DNA from: Octopus sinensis
Lineage: Eukaryota
NCBI RefSeq assembly: GCF_006345805.1
Contig: NW_021825323.1
Coordinates: 558,001 to 622,000 of the forward strand
DNA: 64,000 bases
Direction of reading: 5' to 3'
Every line of letters begins with the position of its first letter. Within the stretch, counting starts at the first letter, position 1. Below, in pieces: positions 37,500 through 50,910 of this stretch. The translations under genes and the position numbers were made by a program. The notes under the pieces are model-generated. The model was not told the DNA's origin and ran no database searches. It saw nothing but the letters and a program-made list of their open reading frames with translations.

Positions 37500-38159
37500 G
37501 TTAAATAAATTTATTTTCTAATAAATTTCAAAAAAGATCATTTTTCAGGAAATATCTTTTGAGAATTGGAAATATCTGGATTAAATTGCATTCCGATAAT
37601 TTTAGTTCATTTTCACAACTTCTCATTTTTAGGAAGGAAATTATATTTTCTGCTAGAAATTTACTTTTAAAAATAACCTCATGTCTAAGATTGGCCATCA
37701 AATACCATGAGGGTTATTTAAGACAGTTGGGCTTATATACGTCTCCACAAGCTTAATATCCAGTCAACTGTTCTTAAAAGCCCTCTGGGAAATATTTTGT
37801 TTGATGTCCCCAAAGCCGGTCCTTCTTTGATATTTAGTCACCGAGAAGCGTTGAATTACATTTTTTGGTGGTCGTTTTCATGTTTGACTTAATGGCTTCA
37901 CTCGGCAATGGTTCCTCCGTTCTTCCATTTTGAAAAAAAGTCTGGAGATTCCACTAAATTTAACACACAACATATCTGTATTGATATTTTAATCTCTAAA
38001 ATACAGGAACAAGAGTCCCATTAGGCAGTTTAATTACATTATAAATTTTTATTAATAAGATTTGATTTAATTCTTAAGATAAAATCGATAATAGGGAATC
38101 CCTGACAATTTTTTAAAGAACTTTACGAGTCACCATTAAAAAAAGGTTGAGAAACACTG
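37500..38159. mobile_element. Buster-like hAT remnant with a single TIR
   Basis: ggttgagaaacactg ends at 38159, followed by cacTAcaa. The partner TIR was not found and the left boundary is a guess. Confidence 0.35.
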
Positions 38160-38502
38160 CACTACAAAACTGAAATACAATTGACAGTGAACGGCCAAGT
38201 CAAAGACTAAATTGTAAATTTTTGTAGTAGGCAAAGTACCAGTTTCTATGCATGGATAACACACGATTTATAGGCTACCTGCTCAACTGTATTAAGGTAA
38301 ATCTTTTTATTGACATTTGTTTTAATTAAATTTTTTTAATATGAAATTTAAGCATTTTTATTAAATTTATTATATCAAATTTATATTTACTACATTAACT
38401 TATATAAATAAATAAACTTAATCATTTGCGTGTAGGTTGTTCTTGTTGTATTATCTTAAATTTTATCACTGTACATTACTGTAATGCTTTATTAAATAGA
38501 TT

Positions 38503-41500
38503 ATGAATAACAATGTTCAAGGAAGATTATGCCATTTAATAGTCACATCTCATCAAGACGACGAGTACTTTGAAAAAGAATTAACAACTAAACTAAGTGA
38601 GAACTCTCTAATATTTGTTCAGGAAGTGATGTCATAAGTGTAAAAATCGAGGCAATGAAGACAATAATTCGTTGTCTTAGTAATGGCACTTCAATGCCTT
38701 CCATATTTCTGGAAGTCATCAACAATGTTTCCAAAAACAATGACCACTACCTTAAAAAACTCTGGTACCTTTTTTGGGAAATGATGCCCAAAATTGGAGC
38801 CGATGGTGAACCTCTGCCAGAAGTTATTTTGGCTTGTGATTCTTTTTTAAAGGTTTCCATTTCTTCCTATCTTAGGACTTGACTCACCCAAACGAGTTTT
38901 TGAGGGGTTCTGTACTCCGTTTCATGTCCAAAGTAAAAGAACCGATCGTGCTTCAAGCCTTAAGCAATTATGTAATTGACGGATTGAAGCACAGAGAACC
39001 TTACGTACGTAGAAACGCAGTACTTGCTATTTTTTCTATTTACAAGTATTAAAAAACTTGATTTTAAAGGAATTTTCCAAATCTAGTATCAAATCATGTC
39101 CCCGAAATCATAAACGACTACCTCGAAAGGGAGTCCTCCATGCCGTGTAAGAGAAATGCCTTCGTCGCCCTTGTATACCTGGACCAGGCATATTAAAGAC
39201 TATTTATGCTCACAGGAACGAGCATTGAACTATCTTGTAAAAAGAATAGACACAGTTATTACTTTTGGAGAGACATTGCAATTAATTGTCGTGGAACTTG
39301 TCGTTAAGGCATATTTCTTCCTAAATATTTCTTTTAGGCATGTAGAAAAGATCCATATCTCAAGTCTAAATTTATTCGTTGTATTTTCAATTTGTTGAGT
39401 TCTGAAAGCTCCTCGGTTCGGTTTGAAGCGGCAAATACCCTCTCAATGTTAACTTCTTTGCCTTCTGCCATTAAAGTTGATGATATTTGCCTAATTCTTT
39501 TGATAGGAGGTGACCAAAGTGTATGTGGAACTTGTTTCTGGGGAGAATGACAATAATGTTAGTTTGGTAGTGCTGGGAAGACTCGCACAGCTTATAAAAT
39601 CAACTAATATCTCTGTTTTCGTGGTTGAAATTTGTTATTGGTTTTATTTTTCAGAATAGCGCTGTTGATATGCTGAGAATGTTGGTTTCCAGTGACATTT
39701 CAATAAGAAAGGAAGTTCTTAGACTTGTCGTTCAGGTCGTATCTCGAAGGAATGTCACACAAGTTGTCTTTTATTTATTACCATAAGGTGGTGTCAGTGT
39801 TAAAAAATGAGTTTCTGAGATTCTCTTCTGATAAGACTGATGAGTTGAATGACAGTTATAAACAACTTCTCATCAATACATTTAAATCATTGCTCCAGAG
39901 ATTCCCCGAGTCTGTTGATCTTATCATTCCAACTGTATTCATCACGTGAATCATTTATTAGTTGGCTGATCAACTTGCCATATCATCACAACAAGTCTCA
40001 GATGACATTATTGACCTCATTCGAACATCATTTAGCAATTCCGTTGACTCTAGCAATATATTGAGTGTGCTTTTCAATTTGTACTCACAATTAAATTATC
40101 CCAGGTATACTTTTCAGTATGAGGTTTAGTACTGTTGAGTCAGTTGTTTGGCTTATTGCGGAATTTTCTAGTTCGTTACAAGAAATTGAAACCACCTGTG
40201 AATTGATATTAAAGTTATTTACTGAAGTTCATTTAATTTATTTATACAAACAGGTGATTGCTGCCTGCTCTTCTCAAGAGGATAATTCTGTTAAAGAAGC
40301 TGAATCATTAGTTGTTGAAGATGAGAAAGTCAAATCAGCAAGGAGTACACAAGTGTCTAAAGATGGCACTTATATCACTCAAAGTGCCATTGCAACTTCA
40401 AAGCAGTCAGGCCGAGTAAATGAAAAGTAAATAATTGGTATATTCGCATAGACCCTCGATACTTCTCTTCGTTGAGAATGACCAGCTATTTATTGTTTCT
40501 TCAATTTGTGCCAGTCTTACGAAAGTGATAAAAAGGCTAGAAATGATCGAATGTGATCAGATTATTAAAAATGTTGAATTGAAAATGTTATTTATTAGTC
40601 ACGACCTGTGGATGCTCTCCTCTCAATGGTGTCGGTTCTCTCTTATTTGGACAAGTGTGCTAAGCTTGGGGTATTTTTGTCTATTCATGTCAGTCTGCAG
40701 ATCAGTCCGAGGTTGCTCGAATAGAGGAGTCCATTTCAATCATACTCAATTCCGATATTTGTGATAGGTCAGGACTATTTCTGAACGAGTTTCGGCGTTC
40801 ATTTGATTTGTCAATGCAAGCAAACAAAGAAAATTTGTCCGTACAAGAAGTCACGAATGTAAATTTGTGGGTTTTATTTTCTTAAAGGGCATTTTTAAAG
40901 AAAAAAGGGTGGGCAATTGTATTGGCAATCAAATAAATTTTCGTATATTGACCGATTCTTCCGATTATGTTATGAACTCAATTCAGCCTGATGTGATTAG
41001 TGTTTGTTTAATTCTAGGAGCAAGTCTTTGACCATATGTCGTCGGCTGAGCCATTTACAATAAAGAGAGCAGTTTCAATGGATAATGATTCGATAAAAAT
41101 CTTCCAGTTGACTGGGATGGCTGACGTAGTATACGCTGAAGCACATATTGAAATAAATCACCACACAATATGGCTGGACGTATCTGTCATTAATCAGTCT
41201 TCTGATACACTCCAAAATTTTTATTTGGACCTTGCTGTGATTGGTTGTTATATTAGACTGAATAAACAGGCGATATGACTATAATAAATCGTCCTCAGTC
41301 GGCTCAATTGCCGCCGAAATCGACAATGAATATTACAACATCAGTGAGAATGTCTTCGCTTCAAAACGGGGCAATATTTGGAAGCCTGGGTAAGGATATG
41401 CTATTTATTTGCAGTATATGATACACGGGGTGCAATGAATGATCGGTGTTATATCGTGCTCAACGACATTAATATTGACGCGCTTGACTATATTTCTCCA

Positions 41501-41911
41501 TCCTTTTGCTCTGATGAAGAATTTAGAAACATGTGGTATGATTTTGAGTGGGAAAATAAAATCTCAATCGATTCGAATATTACTGTTTTGAAAGAGCTTT
41601 TGGACCATATAGTATCGATTACGAGAATGAAATGTCTTACTCCTGATTCAGTCATTATGTTAAAATTAATTCTTCGTAGATGCTCAGTTATGATTTGGGA
41701 TTCATTTCTGCAAATCTTCATTCAAAATCTATTTTTGGGGATTCTATTTTAGCAAATTTGAGTGCTGAGAAATGCCCCTTCTCTTCGGAGATTACTGGAC
41801 ACGTGAGAATTCGTTCGATGACACAGGTATATCTAACACATTGATTGATTTTTCAAATAGGCGATCGCTATTAGTATTGGGGATAAAATTAAATCTGGAC
41901 AACGGAAGTAA
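38503..41911 (+). CDS. COPB1: Coatomer subunit beta, with many micro-introns
   Basis: [25 protein letters not shown]|[79 protein letters not shown]. Not every intron boundary was verified. Confidence 0.93.
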
Positions 41912-42392
41912 ACTATATACAATTACTTATTATTACATTGGTTAATATAATTTCACATATCATTTTTTATATTCCTTAAAATATATAACTAAAATAATCA
42001 CTTTTGGTACCAAAGGTTCAGATTAATAAACAGGACCCAAATATGTTGACCTATTCTACTAATCATTTGTTCTTCATTGACGACCTAAAGATATTCGCCC
42101 TTAAAGAAGATGTAGTAATTAAAATGATGGAAGCTGTTGATGGATTCTTTAAAATTGTTGGCTTGGAGATGAATTCAGAAAAGTCAGCATCAAATGTTAA
42201 ATCGTTATCTTGTTGTGAGACTTTGGAAGGAGTCAGAGGATATCGCTACTTGGGTGTACTTGAAGATGCAGGAAGTAATGTCCTTATGAGTAAAGTAATG
42301 GATTCTATCCTTGGAAATGTAAAGAAAAGAATAACCATGCTTTCAAAGACGAAAAAAAATGAATATGCCATTTCTCGATATAATTATTACAT

Positions 42393-44270
42393 TTATCCGA
42401 AGTGGACCCCGCCAACATAATTGACGTTGCGTTGCTTCTCACGATAGCAACGGAGATCAACTGGAGAAGCCACCGGGTCTCACGTGTGTCGTGGCTTTTT
42501 AATGTGGCTAAGCGTCCAAGCTTCTTTAGGAAGCGAAGCGATTTCCCACTTCTCCAGTTGTCTCGACCACAATCGGACAGAACACGAATCGGTCTCGCAG
42601 CGTCTCATATTTTCTCTTCTTTGCCCTCATCGTTTTTTCCGCGGCATACAGTCTGTCCACTGCGCTTCCGGCAATGTTGGACGGACAGAGAGTGTCCACA
42701 CAGGTTGCGTCCCAGACTGGGGTTTCCCCTCTTCAAATGGGAAAATTGTGATCCCATCAGGACGTTTTCCATCTCCTCTGTCAAGCCCGACCGGTTCAAG
42801 TACGGCTGGGTATCCTGCAGACTCCAGGGCTCGCTTGACAATTTCGTTGATCGCCTTGTGTCTTGGAAATCGTCCTGCACTTCTTCGACAAGAGAGAGCA
42901 TGGTGTCCATAACAATCGATGGTGGCCCCACACCGGCATTTGTGAGTCCGGCAAATCTCCAGTCCAAGTCTGGTGCTGATGCCAATGCGGACAGTATCGT
43001 CGTCAAGGTGGGTTCCGACACTATCAACGGGGAGTGCATTGATCCAAGCTCCACTCGATTCGCATCTTCCAGTCACTAGACAGGCACGTCTGTGTTGGTT
43101 TGATTGGTTCAGAAGCCTCTCGTATTTATCCTCCCAGATGGTCTTGTAACGATTTTTCTGCTCAGGCATCATCCCCCTCGAATGGTCCATGTCTGTGATT
43201 TCAGATGATTCAGTTTGGAGTTGGAGAATCATCCTGATCAGCAGTCGGCTGGAGTCCAAAGAGGGTAGATATGCGGCATTGTCCCTGATAGCATCCTGTT
43301 CATTAGCTTGGTGATAGCCAGCAGGAGCCGGACCCCAGAATTGCCCGTGTTTCGACCAATAAGATCTTTGAGGTGGCCCGGACGGAGCCCATCTAGTCCA
43401 CCACTGCTGCTTGGTACAAAGGAGAGGATCCCATTTTTTACGTCTTCTTCGGAGATTGGGTAATTGTCCTGGACAAGGAGGAATCCGATGCTCGTTTGGG
43501 GGACTTGGGTGGCGTTCAATAAGTGATGTGTAGGACTGTTCAGACGGCTCAATTATACGGTGTTGATCTGCCAGAATCCTCACAGCAGCACGGATTCTCC
43601 TTCCAAAAGTTTTCGACGGATCGCACTTCTTAGTCTCTGAGTGTCAGAGATAGTCTTCTCATTTTGGGGTTTGAAGGTAGACTTCTCTGAGTCTGCAAAT
43701 AGGTTCCTTGAGAAGAATGTGCGGACGTTCTCCTTTACTAATGACGTAAGTGATTTCTTTTCTTTCCCCCCTCCTATGCATAGTGTGAATGGGGCGAAGC
43801 AGAATAGTCGTAAACAATCTTCAGAGTCGTAAACAATCTTCAGAGTCGTCCGAAGAAACTGCCTTTTCGATACACTCACATAGACAGTCCGCGACAGATA
43901 TATCTGGCAGCTTTGGGAATCCTGATCAGGAGTCTTCGTGTATGTGTCAGGCTTGACATCAATTTAAGTATTTCCTGATGGTCTAGTGGAGAATGTTTGG
44001 AAGGATAGCGTATGGGAGAGTTTGTCGCATTCTCTGGTTGGAGACATGCCCGACAATGCCAATCAGAAATGAGCTCCAGGGTTCTTTTAGTCATTCCGGC
44101 CAGGACATGTGGAAGCCACACGAGCAGGCCGTGCAATGGATCATCCTCTTTCTTTTGTTCATCTTGTTGCATTTTTTGCAGATCTCATCTTCTTTTGCAG
44201 TTTCTTGCATGTTCTTTTCAGATTTTTCCTTTCTTTTTTCTCTTCTTTTTTCTTCTTCACACCACAACAG
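42393..44270 (-). mobile_element. CRE-like element with an N-terminal PHD finger, RT domain deleted and RLE retained
   Basis: A PHD at ~44044-44185, then RIPKAAR and GLDGLRPGHLKDLI. It jumps directly to the post-RT region, the zinc knuckle (CRCG..HALSC) and the RLE (GKRPDG). No QGDP or YLDD motifs are present. Confidence 0.85.
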
Positions 44271-44384
44271 CACAACAGCGCAATTATGTTGGCGGGGTTC
44301 ACTTCAGATAGATGGCTTTGATGTAAAATTATCACATTAAACAAATTATTTAATTTTTTTTTTGGTTGCCCTAGTAATAAGTAT

Positions 44385-44940
44385 TTAAAATAACAAAATC
44401 AATTGAATTAATTAGTATGACCCTAGGATAGCGTGTGAATTTCCGCGGACAATTGCACACGAAATCCTCTGGAAAAGCCACGACGTCTCCCGCGGATCAC
44501 CTGTTTTTTTTGGTGATTAGACCACCCAATCTTCGAATGAACGAAAAACTCTCTGTTCCAAAGACTCCGGAAGTCTCCACAGCGATCGGCTGGAAAAGAT
44601 ATCTGTCTGCCAGGAAAGAGTATTTCTTTTTCTTCAACTCTTCAGAATGTTTTGCAGCAGAGCCAGGAAAGGATGCCGAACTTCCGAATGAAGAAGGTCC
44701 AAACGTGTCAGGGCAGGTAAAGTCCCAAACAAGTGCTTTCCCTCTCGTGTACGGGTAGATGGTTACGCCGTCTGGGCGTTTGCCATCCCCTCTATCGAGA
44801 CCAGCTGGTTCGAGTTGAGAGTGGAATCCGGCAGCGTCCATGGCCCTTTTGATGATGTCATTGGCGGCGGAATGTCGGGGAAAACGACCGGCACTACGAG
44901 TGCAAGAAAGTGGGTGCCTTCCCAATGGACCAATCCTCTT
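44385..44940 (-). mobile_element. CRE-like RLE retrotransposon, 5'-truncated
   Basis: HPLSCTRSAGRFPRH..GKRPDG..WDFTCPDT..IAVETSG. Confidence 0.85.
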
Positions 44941-47419
44941 TCCACATTATTTAATTTAAATAAAATAAATAAATTATTACATCGGACTTATTAATATTGA
45001 ACCTCACGAATTTATTGTATTGACCGTCAAATACGACAACTTCTTACGACTTTCAGACTCCATCTCAAACCTGCAAATAAAGAGAGATTATATTTAAATC
45101 GGAAATCTAATGGGAGAGGACTTGCTTCAGTCTCTTTCAGAAGTGAACTGATACTTTTCCAGTTCCTGAAAAGTTTAAAAAGACAGTCGACAGTATGCTT
45201 ACGGAGATCGGGAAACTTGCGTGTGATACAAACAAATAAATGGCATATGGCTACGATTGCAGGATTTCTCGTCTCCAAGTATGCAATTCTCGACATGGAG
45301 AATTTGGGTGTTGAGTTTATCAAAGATGCTCAAAGAAAATATTTGTTTAAGAACATTAATTGTAAAATGCTACATTCTGTTCTATTCAAATGCATGGACG
45401 AACAAAATGTTGATCTAGCCACATCCTCAGAGTGGTTATCTAAAGGAAATAATGGCCCACGGAGTGAAGCATTGTACTGTCTTTTGCAAGATCGAAACTT
45501 GTTCTTTGCATCCGCTGACTCATTATGCAATCATTGTAAGAAATGCAAGAAAACTGTTGACCACATGGCTACTCAGTGTGGTAAAATGCTCAACAGTGAT
45601 TATCTCCGCAGACACAACGAAGTTGTGAAGTGTATTTACCTTAACTTGTGCTGAATGTATGGACTTAAAAAAGCAAGACGACTGAAGGGACATTCTGTTC
45701 AGTTAACACTGTCGACGGGAAAAGTTGAAATCAGGGTTGATACAACAATCCTCACCGAAACAAAAGTAGAATATAACAAGCCAGATATCTTTGTCCACGA
45801 CAAAGTCAGAAACGAAATAAATCTAATTGAAGTGGGTATTACTTCACAGGATTGTCTCAAGCAAGTGGAAGTTGAAAAGTCTCACAAGTATGATCTACTG
45901 GCCACTGAGCTCTCGCTTCTGTATAGCTGTCAAGTAAAAATAATTCCTGTGGTTATGACATGGGATGGAGTTGTCTCGAAATGCTTCAAAAATTATATGA
46001 AGAAACTATCTATTCAAGCAGGAACGAGGACATACATCCCATCCGTTGTACTGAAAAGAACGCTCGAGAGTATGATGATCGAACACAAGCACGGAATGAA
46101 GGCATCCGGTGAAGAATACGCTTCTGCTTCCAACCGGTTTGTGGAGATGGCATGCAATGGGTAAAGACGACCCAATGAATGCTAAAGAAGATGCAATGGT
46201 TGAATCAGTTGTGGTAATGGGGAGTAAAAGGCAGCTGGAAGTAGGCTCTTCTTCTAAGAGAAGGAGAGTGGATATCAGCGAGCTGGAGTGAGATCTGTTT
46301 AGTTTCTGATTAACTATTAAAAATTCAATTTTAATTGTTACAGATAAATTCCTTAAAATAAAATAATCACTTTTGGTACTTAATTACCAACTCGTCAAAG
46401 TTACAGTCATCAACTACGTCAAAATCATGGAAATCTATATAGTTAGTTAAACGCACAGGCGATTTATCCAAACTTAATTGATTTTCATTTGACTCGTTCG
46501 TCGACGATCCTCGCTATCACCAAATTCTAAGACTTTGTTTTTGTCTGGCATCTGAATATCATTAATGACCAAATGATCTATCAGAGATAATCTATTCGCA
46601 AAACCATGTCCATAGTGCCGTATTTCGACGTCAACGCTATGATGCGATAGTTTGTAGAAATCTGTCAAATGTAAAAAAAACTTTCTTTTTTCCCAATTTT
46701 ATACTTTAGTAAGTCTTGAGTTTGATTAATCTCAAACGCTAAACGATTCGAGATCTCCCATTCATTTAAATGTTAGCACTTTTTCACAGCCGAAGGAAAT
46801 TAAGTGAAAAAAAATTTATTTCAGACGAGTATTAACCAAAAATGTTAAAATCTAAGGAAAATGTCCAAGTTTCTGTATTTATCTTCATTTCAACTGCCCG
46901 AAAGAATCTATCTACAGCTTTCAACATTTTTAGGTTATCAATAAAAAATAAATGATTTGTATCATAGGTCATATATTCGGGTAATGTTTTTATTTTCTTA
47001 TTGCTACGTGATGTTGGTTTCTGACGATGATAAGAGAAATTTTTCTGACGACCAATCTACGGAGATTATAAAAAACACCAAATCGTAGTGGGACTTATCA
47101 GTTCATTTTCTATTGCTCCAGGGCTTCATTGACAAAGTTAGCAGTGAAGACCGAAAACAATGGGCTTTTGATGTCTTTGAATCTGCAAAGTCGTGATTCA
47201 GTCTCGTGTGTAGCCTGTCACCTGAACAGTCCTGAAAAGCTGAAATCTCCATTTTTGGAAAATGTTTTGAAAAGTTTTCCTCCCAAATTGGGCAAATAAG
47301 TACAACTGGAAGGAACCTCCGTGTTCCAACCAGGAAAATCCCAAGACAACTGCCTTTACTTCGAGATGAGATCAAGATCATGGAAAAAAATGATGGTTTA
47401 CGACTCAAGGTAGGAATTC

Positions 47420-48240
47420 AGTAATGCGAATTGATGTTATGAACTAAGTAGATGACGGTTCTATAGATCAGTCAGTGGAAATAATAAGAGGGTGCTAATT
47501 AATTTTAACCAAGAGGAGTGCATCCCGTTCTGGACCAAAATCTGGAGTAAACATAAATTTTTATAAACTGACAGAGTGTGGAACAATAAATTATCGAAAT
47601 ATATCAAAGCATATATAGCCTCGTTAGCGACAATCAACTTGGAACACGAAGAATGTGTCGGGGAGTGAAGGAACATGCAATTGTAAATCAGTGCATCAAC
47701 CAGCAAAATGGGAATAAGTTATCTTGTATGTGGATTGATGTGAGGAAAGCATCTGACTTAGTCGACCACGAATTCTTAATCCAGACCCTGCAAAACTCTG
47801 GCCTTCCGTGTTGGATGGTAACGTTTATCCAGAAACTTACTACCAAATGGAAAATCAGTATAAATTTGGACAACAGAACACTGGGAGAAGTTAAAATCAA
47901 AAGAGATATATTGCAAGGAGATTTTTCTCACTTCTGATCTTTGTGCTGTTAATGGACTCTCTAAGCCGAATGCTCAACAGGAAAATTCCCGAAAATAATG
48001 ATGGGAAACTCAGGCAGGGGGAACCCGCATATGCTACTAACTACCTCCTATTTATGGACGATATACAGCTGTTTTCGCATCATAATGACGTAATGGAAAC
48101 GATGGTAGAAGTTGAATCGTTTTATGGCCTAGCTGAGTTGGAAAGAAACGTTGAAAAATCTGCGACGAATGCCAAGTATTTGTCTATGAAAGCTTGATTA
48201 CTCGATGGGCTGAATGGATACCGAAAATAAACAGGAAATA
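47420..48240 (+). mobile_element. R4/Dong-like RT fragment, sister copy of 3898-7250
   Basis: Long stretches are near-identical to the reverse complement of 6450-6830 and 3900-4100, with no hAT insertion. Confidence 0.85.
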
Positions 48241-48359
48241 ATTTATTAACTATTTTCAACATATATGTACCTCATACGGTCAGAATATTGGCTACCTCCG
48301 ATGAGTTGGACAAATTTTTTTTTTTGACAATATTTTTTTTAAGGGAATAAGTTATACAC

Positions 48360-48745
48360 GAATTAATAAAGAGCCTGGAGGTCAGCTCAAAGTCGCCGCA
48401 CTGCGTATCGAGTGGCAGTTTCCGCGGAGCACCGCGACCGAGATTCGCTGGAAGAGCCAGCTCGTCTCCCTCCGGTCGTTGGTCTTCCTGGCAAATCTCC
48501 TGGCAATGTCGGCAAGAAGGCGAGTCGCAGACCTGCCGACAATTCCAGATGTTTCGAAGGCGAGGGGCACAAACTCGTAAGAGTCCGAAATATTTCCATA
48601 CTTCGACCTCTTAGCCTCCTCAGCCTGAGCACTGGCAGAACCCGGGTTAGTATGGACTTGAGTAACACCGACGCGGAGAACGAGTCAACACAAGTTGCAT
48701 CCCAAATCAGGGACTTGCCTTCCCTGACCGAGAACAACGTTTGTG
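48360..48745 (-). mobile_element. CRE-like RLE retrotransposon, 5'-truncated
   Basis: [34 protein letters not shown]. Confidence 0.85.
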
Positions 48746-48749
48746 CACA

Positions 48750-49580
48750 CTTGATTGAATTTTATACTAATGATGACAATGTAGATCACGAAAAAGTTAC
48801 GGAAAAGTTGAAGAAATTCACTCTATTGCAATTTCTGATTAGAAGCTTGGTTAGAAGTGTCGGAATTAACAATTACAAATTGTTTCAAGAAAGCATTTGA
48901 AAATGCGTTAATACAGAACCTGATAGAAATAGAAGAAATAGATGATGAAAATTTTTTGATTCATGAAAATGATCAAATTGACGACGAAAACTTTATACAA
49001 AACTTTGCGAGAAAACTAAAACAGCAAGACCAAGTTGAAGAGGAAGATGAAAAAATTTATGTTCCGACACTATATGAAGCTAGTGAATATGCGAAGGCGC
49101 TTGAATTATGGTTTCGCTAATCTCCAAGTTTCAACCAAGTAAAAACCACAAGAGAATAAATTATTTAAAATTTTATTAAAATAATTCCTTGTTAGAAATA
49201 AATAATTAATATTAATAAATTAAAGAAAACACACATCGTCAATAAACTAACAAATAAACCAACCACCTACCCTTTCAACCGTTGTTTCTCGCCAAACTTC
49301 TCATATAATTAAAAAAATACCTCAAAAACGTAGAATTCAATGGCCAACATTGACTAATTTTAAATGAAATTGTCTATTATTGATTCGGCTGCAATTTCTG
49401 ATCCTAATAGTTTACAAATACGATTTTTTGGCTTAATTTTTATTCTTAAAAAATTTGAAAATCCAGACAATCCTATAAACAATCCCATTAAAATCAAACT
49501 AAATTAATAAATAATGAAAAAATAATAAAAATCTATTGCTTATACGTCGAGATTTATACTTGGTCGAAACTTGGAGATTA
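48750..49580 (+). mobile_element. Pogo/Tigger C-terminal remnant
   Basis: W..VSELTITNCFKKA followed by an acidic tail and PTLYEA. Related taatctccaagttt motifs occur in inverted arrangement at ~49118 and ~49570. Confidence 0.5.
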
Positions 49581-49739
49581 CCATGGTTTCTTGAGAATGA
49601 TTATCAACAAAGAGGAAAAGTATACGAATTACAAAAATTTTAAGAAATTATCAAACTAATCATTCTCCAAAAATCACCGATTACATGATTAAAATCTCTA
49701 AATAATCTTTGTAATTATACTTTAATATTGTTTATTGTT

Positions 49740-50274
49740 ATTTTGATTCCTTTTGTTCACTATAGACAATAGTGAACATGATGTTTTGACGTGGACATTT
49801 TGTTCATTATAGAGAGGGTTGACTGTATAAAGCTTTTGTCATAACGGTTCTTAGTTATAACTCTGCCACATGGGGAATCTTTAAACAAGAAATGGACCGT
49901 CTTGATTCTTTTCACAGAACACAGCTAAAATCGTTAATCAAAATTAAATGGCCTTTGAAGATAACAAATGCAATTCCGGTGTCCTGTCAGATGATATCTT
50001 CAGTCAAGGTGGAGCTTTTTTTGGCCATATCCTACGTTTAAACGACCTGGTTCCAGCAAATACTGCAATAGATTATTTCTTTGTGCAGACAGAGTTTGGA
50101 TTCAGTAGAAGACCGAGAACAACGTTTCTGACCATCTTAAATGAGGATCTGTTTAAGCGATTGAAGTTGGCGAACGACCTGGACAACCTCAAAGATATTG
50201 TATGCAACATTAAATCCCGATCGAAACTAACGGAGAGAATGTTACGGAACACGGCGCAAGGGAGACTTAAATAA
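49740..50274 (+). mobile_element. RTE-type LINE 3' fragment
   Basis: VLSYNSATW..RLDSFHRTQL..FFGHILRL..RRPRTT. Confidence 0.7.
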
Positions 50275-50910
50275 CTTTATTTTCTCCAGGAAGTGCTCTT
50301 AATAATATAATCCAGTAAAAATGTCGCTTCCACATAATTTCGGTACATTTTTTGGGGTGGGTTTCTAAAAGTCACTGGAATTGGTTTTAATTTTTGCATT
50401 TGGAAGTTTAGTTCTTTTGGGCATTTTCTAAAGTTGAGATTACCACATTTATCACATTACAGACACCTCCATTAGTCATATTATTGGTTTAACTACCTTT
50501 TTGTTAACAGAAAGTAGTACTCTTCAAAAACTTTTCCAGAATGCTGTTTCACTACCTTTAGGGACTCTCCCAAGCTCGAAGCTGGAAAGATCTATCCTGG
50601 TTCAGAGATATATAACCTGCTCTATGATGCCCGAAAAAAATGTAAATTAGTTAGGGCGACAGGATTTCCAAAAATGGAATTTTTCTCGACATTTATTGCT
50701 GTGGCACTGTCTAGCCCCACAGAAAAGGGTCTTACTTTCATTGATGTTTTAATGGGATTCAATTTTGGTATTTTTTATCAAATCTACTATTGTTTTACTC
50801 CAAACGTGTGGAATTTTAAATAAAAATAAATGTTATTGACTAAAATTTATAATTGGAATTAGTTAATTTTAATTAATATAAATTAAAATAAAAAATTTAT
50901 CGTGCATTTC

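Larger units (their letters stand above)
42004..46290 (+). mobile_element. R4/Dong-like RLE retrotransposon (RT to RLE) split by a 2.58-kb composite insertion
   Basis: NHLFFIDDLKIFA..GYRYLGVLED..SRYNYY|IGLINIEP (rejoined across 42393-44982)..RLYLNRKSNGRGL..CNHCKKCKKTVDHMATQC..YNKPDIFVHDK..IEVGIT. Confidence 0.9.

Noticed and set aside
50320-50823. Open frame of ~100 codons upstream of RPS24 (..DSPKLEAGKIYPGSEIY..)
   Set aside because: The upstream splice models were ambiguous and no family was recognised. It may be a real gene but is not supportable here.
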